The notes under the pieces are model-generated. The model worked only from the letters and a program-made list of their open reading frames with translations, made no database searches and was not told where the DNA came from. Shown piece after piece: positions 1-7,404 of a stretch of 27,991 nt of DNA. The translations under genes were made by a program, and so were the position numbers. The stretch lies in the UHGV virus genome UHGV-0114978. One strand, 5' to 3'. Every line of letters starts with the position of its first letter. The first letter of the stretch is position 1. Origin of the DNA: a virus.

Positions 1-2
1 CT

Positions 3-731
3 GGTAGCAACGTTGTACTGCCAGCAGAAGAAGCGGAAGAACTGGCACGAATTGCGCTGGCATCGCTGGAAGCAGAGCCGATAGGTTTCCGTTGCAGGCG
101 CAATGATAACCTTGGTGACTGGAGTTACGTATATCATCGAGAGCCAGATGATTTTGAGCGCAAACATTTAGTGATAGAGGGCATTTACGCCGCCCCTCCA
201 GCGCCAGTAGTACCGGAAGAAAAACCAATTCCTAATCCTCTTAGCATGTACGCGGTTGATGCGGTTGCCGCTATTGCAGAGGTAAGAGGCTGGAACGCCT
301 GCCGCGCTGCCATGCTTCATAGTGCCGAACCTGCAAGTAATCATGAAGAGTTGCCGCTTGATTATCGCCAAGGTCAAAAAGATGGTCTTGAATGGGCTGC
401 GCAGCTTGCAGAAGCAAATCACCCACAAACTGGCGACTGGCTTTACGATGACCCGCTGGAGCTGGCTAAAGCTATCAGAAAAGGTCCTGACATGCCCGAA
501 TTCGATGGACCAACTCCGGTAACTCCGGATGGTTGGATAAGCTGTAGTGAGCGAATGCCGGAAGAAACGGGTGACATTATTGTTGTTTCGGATGGCATTG
601 TAATGTCCGGGATTTCTTATTCTCGTCGTGACGGGTTCTATATAGCCGCATTGGAGTACGACGACGATGAACCAATTGGCGGTGTAACCCACTGGATGCC
701 ACTACCAGAACCGCCGCAGGAGGTGAAGTGA
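3..731 (+). CDS. Ea22-like early protein, 5' truncated at window edge; C-terminal DUF551-like domain
   Basis: Reading frame is open from base 3 with no upstream stop (the track starts at GTG 171). C-terminal block GWISCSERMPEE...HWMPLPEPP looks like the DUF551 domain of lambdoid Ea22-type proteins. Position upstream of xis matches the lambda early-left region. Confidence 0.5.
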   Translation, partial: GSNVVLPAEEAEELARIALASLEAEPIGFRCRRNDNLGDWSYVYHREPDDFERKHLVIEGIYAAPPAPVVPEEKPIPNPLSMYAVDAVAAIAEVRGWNACRAAMLHSAEPASNHEELPLDYRQGQKDGLEWAAQLAEANHPQTGDWLYDDPLELAKAIRKGPDMPEFDGPTPVTPDGWISCSERMPEETGDIIVVSDGIVMSGISYSRRDGFYIAALEYDDDEPIGGVTHWMPLPEPPQEVK

Positions 732-1009
732 TGGACTCCTTCGCGAAATATACGATTATTGACTGGATAGCATTCCTTCAGGTTTTGCTCATCTGGTTTT
801 ATATGGCTTACAGGAGTGGACAGTGGATTGTCAGTGTAGCCTGTAGCAAGGGATGGCGTTGGTGGAACCGAAAGAATAAAAAAGCACTGGCATTGGATTC
901 GTTTTACGAAGCATTCAATCTTAACAGCCTTCAGCCTGGTTCTGTCATTGTAGTCACCACTCAAAGTGGCATGACCATTCAGATTCATAAACCAAAAGAG
1001 GAAAAATGA
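728..1009 (+). CDS. hypothetical early-region protein (93 aa) with one hydrophobic segment
   Basis: ORF start overlaps the upstream stop (ATGA); hydrophobic stretch IIDWIAFLQVLLIWFYMAY; sits in the lambda-like b2/early-left region. Confidence 0.4.
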   Translation: MMDSFAKYTIIDWIAFLQVLLIWFYMAYRSGQWIVSVACSKGWRWWNRKNKKALALDSFYEAFNLNSLQPGSVIVVTTQSGMTIQIHKPKEEK

Positions 1010-1095
1010 TGTGGCCTATATGTGTTAATTGCGGACGGATGTGCCTATCTGGATGGTGCCGAAAGTGCGACAAATGCACGAAGCAAAGACAATAA
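1006..1095 (+). CDS. candidate 29-aa Cys-rich mini-protein (MMWPICVNCGRMCLSGWCRKCDKCTKQRQ)
   Basis: Strong SD AGAGGA 5 nt upstream of ATG 1006; start overlaps the stop of the preceding ORF; 6 Cys in 29 aa in CxxC-like spacing. Too short for the ORF track. Confidence 0.25.
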   Translation: MMWPICVNCGRMCLSGWCRKCDKCTKQRQ

Positions 1096-1166
1096 CAATC
1101 CTCGCACTCGCGGGGATTTCTTTTATCTGAACTCGCTACGGCGGGTTTTGTTTTATGGAGATGATT

Positions 1167-1466
1167 ATGGCTTGTTCAACATTCAACCCTTTAACGTTAC
1201 AGAAATACCATCCAGACCCTGAAGATTTATGCTCACTGTGTGGCGGAAATCATGGTAAAGCCGCCATGATCGAATGTAAGGACAAAATCCACATATGCCT
1301 TAATTGCGTTGATGTCCTCGTTGATATCAAAAATGAAAGAGAAGATAAAAATCGTAGCGAGGCTATTCGCGCCTTAGATTCATGGATGCGAGATGGGTAT
1401 AGTGCTGCGCAAATTTATGACTTAGCCATTTCAAAAGGCGAAATACCAGGTGTGCGAATCGAATAA
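1167..1466 (+). CDS. zinc-ribbon protein (CxxC-x19-CxxC), possibly Ea8.5-like
   Basis: Track ORF 1155..1466; GGAG sits 8 nt before ATG 1167 (MACSTFNPL...). Motifs CSLCGG and CLNC suggest a Zn-binding ribbon. Ea8.5 naming is by position and Zn-binding character only. Confidence 0.5.
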   Translation: MACSTFNPLTLQKYHPDPEDLCSLCGGNHGKAAMIECKDKIHICLNCVDVLVDIKNEREDKNRSEAIRALDSWMRDGYSAAQIYDLAISKGEIPGVRIE

Positions 1467-1486
1467 GAAGCGCACTCAAGCATCTT

Positions 1487-1669
1487 TTGGGGAAATCACA
1501 AATGCACTTCCGAGTCACAGGTGAATGGAATGGAGAGCCATTCAACAGAGTTATCGAATCTGAGAACATCAACGACTGCTACGACCACTGGATGATATGG
1601 GCGCAGATAGCACATGCAGAAGTAACCAATATTCAAATTGAAGAACTGAAAGAACACCAAGCCGCCTGA
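1487..1669 (+). CDS. hypothetical 60-aa protein immediately upstream of xis
   Basis: ORF ends 39 nt before xis, the same spacing I recall for the small ORF upstream of xis in lambda; its stop codon lies inside the terminator hairpin loop. Confidence 0.45.
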   Translation: MGKSQMHFRVTGEWNGEPFNRVIESENINDCYDHWMIWAQIAHAEVTNIQIEELKEHQAA

Positions 1670-1682
1670 TGGCGGTTTTTTC
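1661..1682 (+). terminator. intrinsic terminator-like hairpin GCCGCC-TGAT-GGCGG followed by TTTTTT
   Basis: Perfect GC stem plus T-run read directly from the sequence; lies between the 60-aa ORF and xis. Confidence 0.6.
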
Positions 1683-1708
1683 TTGCGTGTAATTGCGGAG
1701 ACTTTGCG

Positions 1709-1927
1709 ATGTACTTGACACTTCAGGAGTGGAACGCACGCCAGCGACGCCCAAGAAGCCTTGAAACAGTTCGTCGATGGGTGCGCGAATGCAGGATATT
1801 CCCTCCTCCGGTTAAGGATGGAAGAGAGTATCTGTTCCACGAATCAGCGGTAAAGGTTGACTTAAATCGACCAGTAACAGGTAGCCTTTTGAAGAGGATC
1901 AGAAATGGGAAGAAGGCGAAGTCATGA
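1709..1927 (+). CDS. xis: excisionase Xis (lambda-type, 72 aa)
   Basis: Translation MYLTLQEWNARQRRPRSLETVRRWVRECRIFPPPVKDGREYLFHE... matches lambda Xis as I recall it over the full length; 23-nt overlap with int as in lambda. Confidence 0.93.
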   Translation: MYLTLQEWNARQRRPRSLETVRRWVRECRIFPPPVKDGREYLFHESAVKVDLNRPVTGSLLKRIRNGKKAKS

Positions 1928-2975
1928 GCGCCGGGATTTACCCCCTAACCTTTATATAAGAAACAATGGATATTACTGCTACAGGGACCCAAGGACGGGT
2001 AAAGAGTTTGGATTAGGCAGAGACAGGCGAATCGCAATCACTGAAGCCATACAGGCCAACATTGAGTTATTTTCAGGACACAAACACAAGCCTCTGACAG
2101 CGAGAATCAACAGTGATAATTCCGTTACGCTACATTCATGGCTTGATCGCTACGAAAAAATCCTGGCCAGCAGAGGAATCAAGCAGAAGACACTCATAAA
2201 TTACATGAGCAAAATTAAAGCAATAAGGAGGGGGCTGCCTGATGCTCCACTTGAAGACATCACCACAAAAGAAATTGCGGCAATGCTCAATGGATACATA
2301 GACGAGGGCAAGGCGGCGTCAGCCAAGTTAATCAGATCAACACTGAGCGATGCATTCCGAGAGGCAATAGCTGAAGGCCATATAACAACAAACCCTGTCG
2401 CTGCCACTCGCGCAGCAAAATCAGAGGTAAGGAGATCAAGACTTACGGCTGACGAATACCTGAAAATTTATCAAGCAGCAGAATCATCACCATGTTGGCT
2501 CAGACTTGCAATGGAACTGGCTGTTGTTACCGGGCAGCGAGTTGGGGATTTATGCGAAATGAAGTGGTCTGATATCGTAGATGGATATCTTTATGTCGAG
2601 CAAAGCAAAACAGGCGTAAAAATTGCCATCCCTACAACATTGCATGTTGATGCTCTCGGGATATCAATGAAGGAAACACTTGATAAATGCAAAGAGATTC
2701 TTGGCGGAGAAACCATAATTGCATCTACTCGTCGTGAACCGCTTTCATCCGGCACAGTATCAAGGTATTTTATGCGCGCACGAAAAGCATCAGGTCTTTC
2801 CTTCGAAGGGGATCCGCCTACCTTTCACGAGTTGCGCAGTTTGTCTGCAAGACTCTATGAGAAGCAGATAAGCGATAAGTTTGCTCAACATCTTCTCGGG
2901 CATAAGTCGGACACCATGGCATCACAGTATCGTGATGACAGAGGCAGGGAGTGGGACAAAATTGAAATCAAATAA
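1905..2975 (+). CDS. int: tyrosine integrase Int (lambda-type, 356 aa)
   Basis: MGRRRSHERRDLPPNLYIRNNGYYCYRDPRTGKEFGLGRD... is near-identical to lambda Int from memory (I see only a few substitutions). C-terminal catalytic region with HELRSLSARLYE and HLLGHKSDTMASQY (catalytic Tyr) is present. Confidence 0.97.
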   Translation: MGRRRSHERRDLPPNLYIRNNGYYCYRDPRTGKEFGLGRDRRIAITEAIQANIELFSGHKHKPLTARINSDNSVTLHSWLDRYEKILASRGIKQKTLINYMSKIKAIRRGLPDAPLEDITTKEIAAMLNGYIDEGKAASAKLIRSTLSDAFREAIAEGHITTNPVAATRAAKSEVRRSRLTADEYLKIYQAAESSPCWLRLAMELAVVTGQRVGDLCEMKWSDIVDGYLYVEQSKTGVKIAIPTTLHVDALGISMKETLDKCKEILGGETIIASTRREPLSSGTVSRYFMRARKASGLSFEGDPPTFHELRSLSARLYEKQISDKFAQHLLGHKSDTMASQYRDDRGREWDKIEIK

Positions 2976-3210
2976 TGATTTTATTTTGACTGATAGTGAC
3001 CTGTTCGTTGCAACAAATTGATAAGCAATGCTTTTTTATAATGCCAACTTAGTATAAAAAAGCTGAACGTGAAACATTAAAAACCATTAATATCAATGTG
3101 TTACAATATCTTTAGTCTAAAAAATAGACTGCATAATGCTACAAAACACAACATATCCAGTCACTATGAATCAACCACTTAGATGGTATTAGTGACCTGT
3201 AACAGAGCAT
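2976..3210. other. attP attachment site; 15-bp core TTAGTATAAAAAAGC at 3049..3063 (reverse complement of lambda core GCTTTTTTATACTAA), flanked by P' arm (2976-3048) and P arm (3064-~3210)
   Basis: Core is identical to the lambda core. The int-proximal arm carries arm-type sites (ATTTTGACT, CAGGTCACTATCA as reverse complement). The distal arm resembles the lambda P arm with divergence in the middle. Confidence 0.9.
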
Positions 3211-3211
3211 T

Positions 3212-3251
3212 AGCGCAAGGTGATTTTTTTGTCTTCTTGCGCTAATTTTTT
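3212..3251 (+). terminator. tI/sib-like hairpin downstream of int-attP (8-bp stem AGCGCAAG/CTTGCGCT, then AATTTTTT)
   Basis: Inverted repeat and T-run seen in sequence; position beyond attP matches the lambda tI/sib retroregulation locus. A second imperfect 14-bp hairpin lies at 3282..3315. Confidence 0.5.
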
Positions 3252-3351
3252 GTCATAAAAACATGTCGCACTCCAGAGAAGCACAAAGCCTTGCAATCCA
3301 GTGCAAAGCTTTGTGTACCTTAGTTTTGTTTCATAGGTAACTCTGTGTTAA

Positions 3352-3654
3352 CTACGATGCAAGAATCCATACCAATAAGCATCCGATAATTGGGAAAGAA
3401 AAATCCAATAGACTTCCCACATCCCACACGCGTGGATCAAAACCTCCCCACCACGGCATGTTGATACGTTTCCCTTTCCCAAACTTTTCTATCCAGCGAT
3501 ATTCTGCCTGGGTGTGTTCACGCGCAATGAAGAACGTACAACCGGCTATCGCACCGTAAGCCCAGTTTCCGGTAAAAAGACCAACCAGAACTTGTGCGAC
3601 AACAGCGCAAAGTGCGTGAAGAATTGGTGTTATATCAACTTCTATATTCATCAT
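3352..3654 (-). CDS. hypothetical small membrane protein (100 aa, 2-3 predicted TM segments)
   Basis: Hydrophobic segments (LHALCAVVAQVLVGLFTG, FPIIGCLLVWILAS) flank a basic loop; sits between the tailspike and attP, a position often occupied by lysogenic-conversion or moron genes. Confidence 0.5.
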   Translation of the reverse strand: MMNIEVDITPILHALCAVVAQVLVGLFTGNWAYGAIAGCTFFIAREHTQAEYRWIEKFGKGKRINMPWWGGFDPRVWDVGSLLDFSFPIIGCLLVWILAS

Positions 3655-3730
3655 AAATAACTCATTCGATTTTCACAAATAAGCCGCCAACAAGAAGACG
3701 GCATTAACATTAAAATAATTATATATGATG

Positions 3731-5860
3731 CTATTCCTCAATACCTAACCTGCTTGAAACCTCCGGCATAACAGTAACCTGAAGGGTTTTTGATGAATCT
3801 GTGTTTTTAATTGCTATGCTGATATTGTCAGAAGTGCTGTTATTGTTTGACACTGTTATAGAGTTTGCATCCACCCCGAGTTTCGAATAAGCATCAGCAA
3901 AACTAAGACCAACACTTCCACCAACAACTCTATATGAACCATCAATTCTGAATGACGATATATTGTTATTGCTAACATCTCTAATTAGAACCCATATAGA
4001 AACGCCCCTGAAAACAAGGCTTGCCCCTGATGGTATTTGAAGTGATACAGTTCCTGTGGAACCGGGGGGGATACTGCCAGTATATTTAGTTCCGTGCAGA
4101 TATTTCCCCGGTAGATCTAAATACGAGGTGTCTGGCTGTAATAAATTATGTATATGTCTGCTATCTATGCTTCCAGACAGAACCATAGAATCATTTCCAT
4201 ATTCAATTATCCTTCCACCATCGTTACTTATTGTAAGTAATCCTTTGTTTCCTTTATTGTTTCTAACAGTTATATCAGAAGAATCCAGACGGACAATTGA
4301 TATATTTTTTTCTGTTCCATGACAATAATTTGATGAAATTTCACCTGTAACAAGTGACGTACATAAAATGTCTGAACTTCCATCACTGTCGCCAGTAATA
4401 GTGTTGCAGGAAATTAATGCACCATATACCAGACCTGTCGGAGATTCTCCAAATTGCTCTATAGTAATCCGTTTTGTGGTATTTGCTGATATGGTTATAT
4501 TATGAACATCGTCAGTTTGCGATGTTACTTTGATCCTTGATGAAACGGTATTTCCAGAAATAGTAACATTACTTGTATCATCCACCCATAAATATGACGA
4601 AAACGTATTACCTGATATGACTGAGTTACTCACCATTGAGTTCTCAAGCTCACATGAACCATAGCTATTGTTATGGTCATAATTTCCTATAATCCTTACA
4701 AATCCATTCTGGTTAATGAAGTTGTATGATGTTGCATTTTGTCCGCCATAAGTTGAGTTATGCGATGTTTCAGCATTTGTAACGCCTATATGTTGAAAAT
4801 GACCGGCATTTACAGAATCAGGAGCAACTGATGTACACCCTATTACTTTTGTGTTTTTGACAATTCTTGAATTAGGGTCATTCTCCAAATAATAGTTTTT
4901 TGCAACAAATGCCGTAGAGTAAAAGAAACCTTCAAATCTATTAAATAAAATCTGAATATCGTCATAATCTCTTTGGTCTTCATTTGCATAGCAATAAAAT
5001 GCTCTTGAAGACTCGGAGTAATCCTTGCATTTCTGAACGCCAGATAAAAGTGATCGGATTCTGCTAGATTTTATTCTAAATCCGTTGTGAATTAACGTTG
5101 CATCACCAACTAATGTTATTGGCTTAAACAATTCAACCTTATCAAAAACAAATTCACCACCATAAAATCCAAGTATAGCCCCTTCTGGTACTGCATTAAT
5201 AGCATTTTGAATTGCTACAGTATCATCTGTTATGCCGTCTCCTTTTGCACCAAAATCACGAACACTAATGGTGTCTCTCATCTTATCCTGGAACGTTCGG
5301 TACACAGCCCCAGAACCATACTGAATAAACCAACCAAAACCACCAACAACCCCGGCGATTGCAGCATCGACATAATTACGCATTGAGCGATTATTTACAG
5401 CATCCTGCTCAAGTGATGGATCTGCAAGGTTAGAAATTCTGTTTTGCTTTGCATCGTAATATTTTGCAAGCAGAGAGGGCTTCATCAATGCACGTCTGAA
5501 CCACCCAAAACATTGCTGGATCAGCATCGTCAGGTAGTCAAAGGCATCTTCATGCACTTCGGGGAAAAATTTTCCCTGATTGCGAAGGTCTGTCTCCTGC
5601 ACTACATCAAGCACACGATCTATCGTAATTCGCCATCCAGTAGCAAGCGGAGACAGAAGAACCACAGAACCGCCACTATAAGTGCCCGCCCCAGTTACCG
5701 TATAACCGGTATCCAGGACCAATTCTGTTACGTTCCCGTTCAGGTCAGACACCTGAACAACCAGGTCTGATTTTCTGAAAATTCGAAAAGTATACGGAAA
5801 CGATGTCGTAACGCCGTTACCGGTGTATTCGTTGTGGTCAACTTCGGTTGAGACCGTCAT
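3731..5860 (-). CDS. tailspike / receptor-binding protein with right-handed beta-helix (probable polysaccharide depolymerase)
   Basis: 709 aa. N-terminus (MTVSTEVDHNEYTGNGVTTSFPYTF...) resembles the virion-attachment domain of T7-type tail fibers. Motif DFGAKGDGITDDTVAIQNAI is typical of pectate-lyase-like beta-helix caps. GGAG RBS 8 nt upstream. Markedly AT-rich compared with neighbouring virion genes. Confidence 0.85.
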   Translation of the reverse strand: MTVSTEVDHNEYTGNGVTTSFPYTFRIFRKSDLVVQVSDLNGNVTELVLDTGYTVTGAGTYSGGSVVLLSPLATGWRITIDRVLDVVQETDLRNQGKFFPEVHEDAFDYLTMLIQQCFGWFRRALMKPSLLAKYYDAKQNRISNLADPSLEQDAVNNRSMRNYVDAAIAGVVGGFGWFIQYGSGAVYRTFQDKMRDTISVRDFGAKGDGITDDTVAIQNAINAVPEGAILGFYGGEFVFDKVELFKPITLVGDATLIHNGFRIKSSRIRSLLSGVQKCKDYSESSRAFYCYANEDQRDYDDIQILFNRFEGFFYSTAFVAKNYYLENDPNSRIVKNTKVIGCTSVAPDSVNAGHFQHIGVTNAETSHNSTYGGQNATSYNFINQNGFVRIIGNYDHNNSYGSCELENSMVSNSVISGNTFSSYLWVDDTSNVTISGNTVSSRIKVTSQTDDVHNITISANTTKRITIEQFGESPTGLVYGALISCNTITGDSDGSSDILCTSLVTGEISSNYCHGTEKNISIVRLDSSDITVRNNKGNKGLLTISNDGGRIIEYGNDSMVLSGSIDSRHIHNLLQPDTSYLDLPGKYLHGTKYTGSIPPGSTGTVSLQIPSGASLVFRGVSIWVLIRDVSNNNISSFRIDGSYRVVGGSVGLSFADAYSKLGVDANSITVSNNNSTSDNISIAIKNTDSSKTLQVTVMPEVSSRLGIEE

Positions 5861-5913
5861 GTTAAATCTCCAGATAGTCGCAGCACCCGTTGCGCCGCAT
5901 ATCTGGTTATTCT

Positions 5914-5935
5914 ATTACCTGAAAAACCACATATG
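5914..5935. promoter_or_regulatory. conserved 22-bp element ATTACC-N5-AACCACATATG, copy A (upstream of tailspike)
   Basis: Same element with identical internal spacing recurs at 24083..24104 upstream of the portal operon; each lies 30-75 bp upstream of a minus-strand late gene start. Confidence 0.4.
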
Positions 5936-5964
5936 GATAGGAAGGCTGTAAATATGAATAGATA

Positions 5965-5979
5965 TTACCTTTCAGGTAA
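5965..5979. promoter_or_regulatory. 15-bp palindrome TTACCTTTCAGGTAA (candidate operator), copy 1
   Basis: Perfect inverted repeat TTACC/GGTAA around a 5-bp centre; identical copy at 24146..24160, variants at 6346..6360 and 7390..7404. Confidence 0.45.
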
Positions 5980-6016
5980 TTTGCAAAACGTGCTGGATAG
6001 CAAACAAATTATTTGA

Positions 6017-6036
6017 TACTGTATAAATATACAGTT
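6017..6036. promoter_or_regulatory. LexA binding site (SOS box) TACTGTATAAATATACAGTT
   Basis: CTGT-N8-ACAG with AT-rich spacer, near-perfect match to the E. coli SOS box consensus TACTGTATATATATACAGTA; ends 19 nt upstream of ATG 6056 and overlaps a TATAAAT -10-like hexamer. Confidence 0.75.
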
Positions 6037-6055
6037 ATTGCATGGAGAAGATAAG

Positions 6056-6313
6056 ATGCAGCAGTATCACTATCCACTGGAAGACGGATTTACCGAAAGG
6101 ATTCACACGCCGGGAGGCGTCAGGTCACTGGTGGAAGGATCGCACTTGATGAAATTACTCCGGGATCTCGATAAGGATGGATTTAATGTCGATGGCCCAC
6201 TTGCCGAACTGACTGCACTGATTAACTACGTCACCAGCTCACAGATGTCTATGCGGGATCTGCAAACACATCTCGACTATTGTGCCGAACAATTACGAAA
6301 ACAAACCAGATAA
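6056..6313 (+). CDS. SOS-box-associated small protein (85 aa) homologous to the C-terminal domain of the downstream antirepressor
   Basis: Track ORF 6038..6313 begins at TTG; ATG 6056 has SD GGAGAAG 5 nt upstream. Residues about 34-80 align with Ant residues about 175-225 (by eye about 45 percent identity, for example LM.LL..L..DG..V.G..AELT...Y......RD.QTH..Y). Confidence 0.6.
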   Translation: MQQYHYPLEDGFTERIHTPGGVRSLVEGSHLMKLLRDLDKDGFNVDGPLAELTALINYVTSSQMSMRDLQTHLDYCAEQLRKQTR

Positions 6314-6345
6314 GGTTTGTAATTACCAAGTGGAGTGCTTATATT

Positions 6346-6360
6346 TACCTTTGCGGTAAA
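6346..6360. promoter_or_regulatory. palindrome TTACCTTTGCGGTAA (operator variant), copy 2
   Basis: One-base variant of the 15-bp palindrome, nested inside a longer inverted repeat GGAGTGC(6332-6338)/GCACTCC(6369-6375). Confidence 0.4.
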
Positions 6361-6451
6361 TTTACACCGCACTCCTCTTGTGCCATAGTAATCGGGCACT
6401 GGCAAAATCCAGTGCCGGGATTGGCGTCCCGGATTACTAAAAGGCGCATTC

Positions 6452-6471
6452 ACCGCGCAAGCGGTTTTTTT
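6452..6471 (+). terminator. intrinsic terminator ACCGC-GCAA-GCGGT followed by TTTTTTT
   Basis: GC stem with GNRA-type loop and a 7-T run, read from the sequence; sits 140 nt downstream of the 85-aa ORF and 160 nt upstream of ant. Confidence 0.65.
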
Positions 6472-6628
6472 ATGCGTATAGCACGGCCACATTCGTATTA
6501 TGGTGGGCTGTGTGGGGGCACCGAAAGGTGCGCCGGGTCCTTTTAGCCGGTTACGCCAACCCTGCACAGTTCACCACCAACCGATTGGCGTCGGTAGTGG
6601 TGATTAACCAGACTAAAAGGTAACCACT

Positions 6629-7324
6629 ATGACAGCTACAAAAAGCACGTCCATTTTTTCTTTCGAATCTCAAGCCGATATACGGGTAATCGTCATTAAT
6701 GGTGAGCCATGGTTTATCGCTTCAGATGTTTGTCGGGCTATAGGCATAGCAAACCATCGAGATGCTGTTCGAAAACTTGATGATGATGAGAAGGGCGTCG
6801 CTTCAACCGACACCCCTGGCGGTGAGCAAGAATCGATCATTATCTCCGAGTCAGGCCTCTACACACTGATCCTCCGCTGCCGCGATGCGGTGACACCAGG
6901 CACTATCCCATACCGCTTTCGTAAATGGGTTACAGGTGAGGTTCTTCCTCAGATCCGCCGCACCGGAAGTTACATTAAAAACTCGCTCCCGCAGGAAGAA
7001 CGCATAAAGATGGTTGCCGACCAGGTAGCCAACGCCACGGCGTCAGCAGTAATGCAGGCGATGAAGATAGAGAACAAAACCTACAGTGCCCCGCTGAAGC
7101 CCGGCTACCGCAGCCTGATTCATTCGCCGTCGGGTGTTCTCGGCCTGACGGAGAACTCACTGCTGATGAATCTGCTGAACCAGTTACAGGACGACGGGCA
7201 CGACGTATCGGGCGCGGCGGCGGAACTGACCACCATGTTCTGCTACATCGTCGGTGTGAGCAAATGCCTGCGTGATATCCAGACGCACGCGGAATACATC
7301 AACGACAAGGCAGGGTTCTTCTGA
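6629..7324 (+). CDS. antirepressor with N-terminal BRO-N (Bro/KilA-N type) domain
   Basis: N-terminal region FSFESQADIRVIVINGEPWFIASDVCRAIGIANHRDAVRKLDDDEK...SGLYTLILRC...FRKWVTGEVLPQIRRTGSY matches the BRO-N/phage antirepressor signature; 231 aa. Confidence 0.85.
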   Translation: MTATKSTSIFSFESQADIRVIVINGEPWFIASDVCRAIGIANHRDAVRKLDDDEKGVASTDTPGGEQESIIISESGLYTLILRCRDAVTPGTIPYRFRKWVTGEVLPQIRRTGSYIKNSLPQEERIKMVADQVANATASAVMQAMKIENKTYSAPLKPGYRSLIHSPSGVLGLTENSLLMNLLNQLQDDGHDVSGAAAELTTMFCYIVGVSKCLRDIQTHAEYINDKAGFF

Positions 7325-7389
7325 CGAGCGGCGGCACAGGGATGTGCCTTTAAATAATTCTGTACAGATTGCAGGTGAATAGCGTACTA

Positions 7390-7404
7390 TTACCCCAAAG
7401 GTAA
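7390..7404. promoter_or_regulatory. palindrome TTACCCCAAAGGTAA (operator variant), copy 3
   Basis: Same TTACC-N5-GGTAA arms; lies about 27 bp upstream of ATG 7431. Confidence 0.4.

Noticed and set aside
168-692. Minus-strand 174-aa ORF and plus-strand 322..522 ORF overlapping the Ea22-like gene
   Set aside because: They overlap a plus-strand ORF with a recognisable conserved C-terminal domain; they are alternative-frame artefacts.
4056-5770. Plus-strand ORFs 4056..4322 and 5444..5770 inside the tailspike gene
   Set aside because: Antisense shadow ORFs within a well-supported 709-aa coding region.
6277-6567. ORFs 6280..6546 (+) and 6277..6567 (-) in the region between the 85-aa gene and ant
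   Set aside because: The region is dominated by perfect hairpins and a terminator; the translations are Arg/Cys/Gly-rich and lack an RBS, so it is treated as a structured non-coding leader.
7364-7378. Possible second LexA box CTGTACAGATTGCAG upstream of the membrane-protein pair
   Set aside because: The spacing between CTG and CAG is 9 rather than 10 nt and the spacer is not AT-rich, so it does not fit the SOS box.
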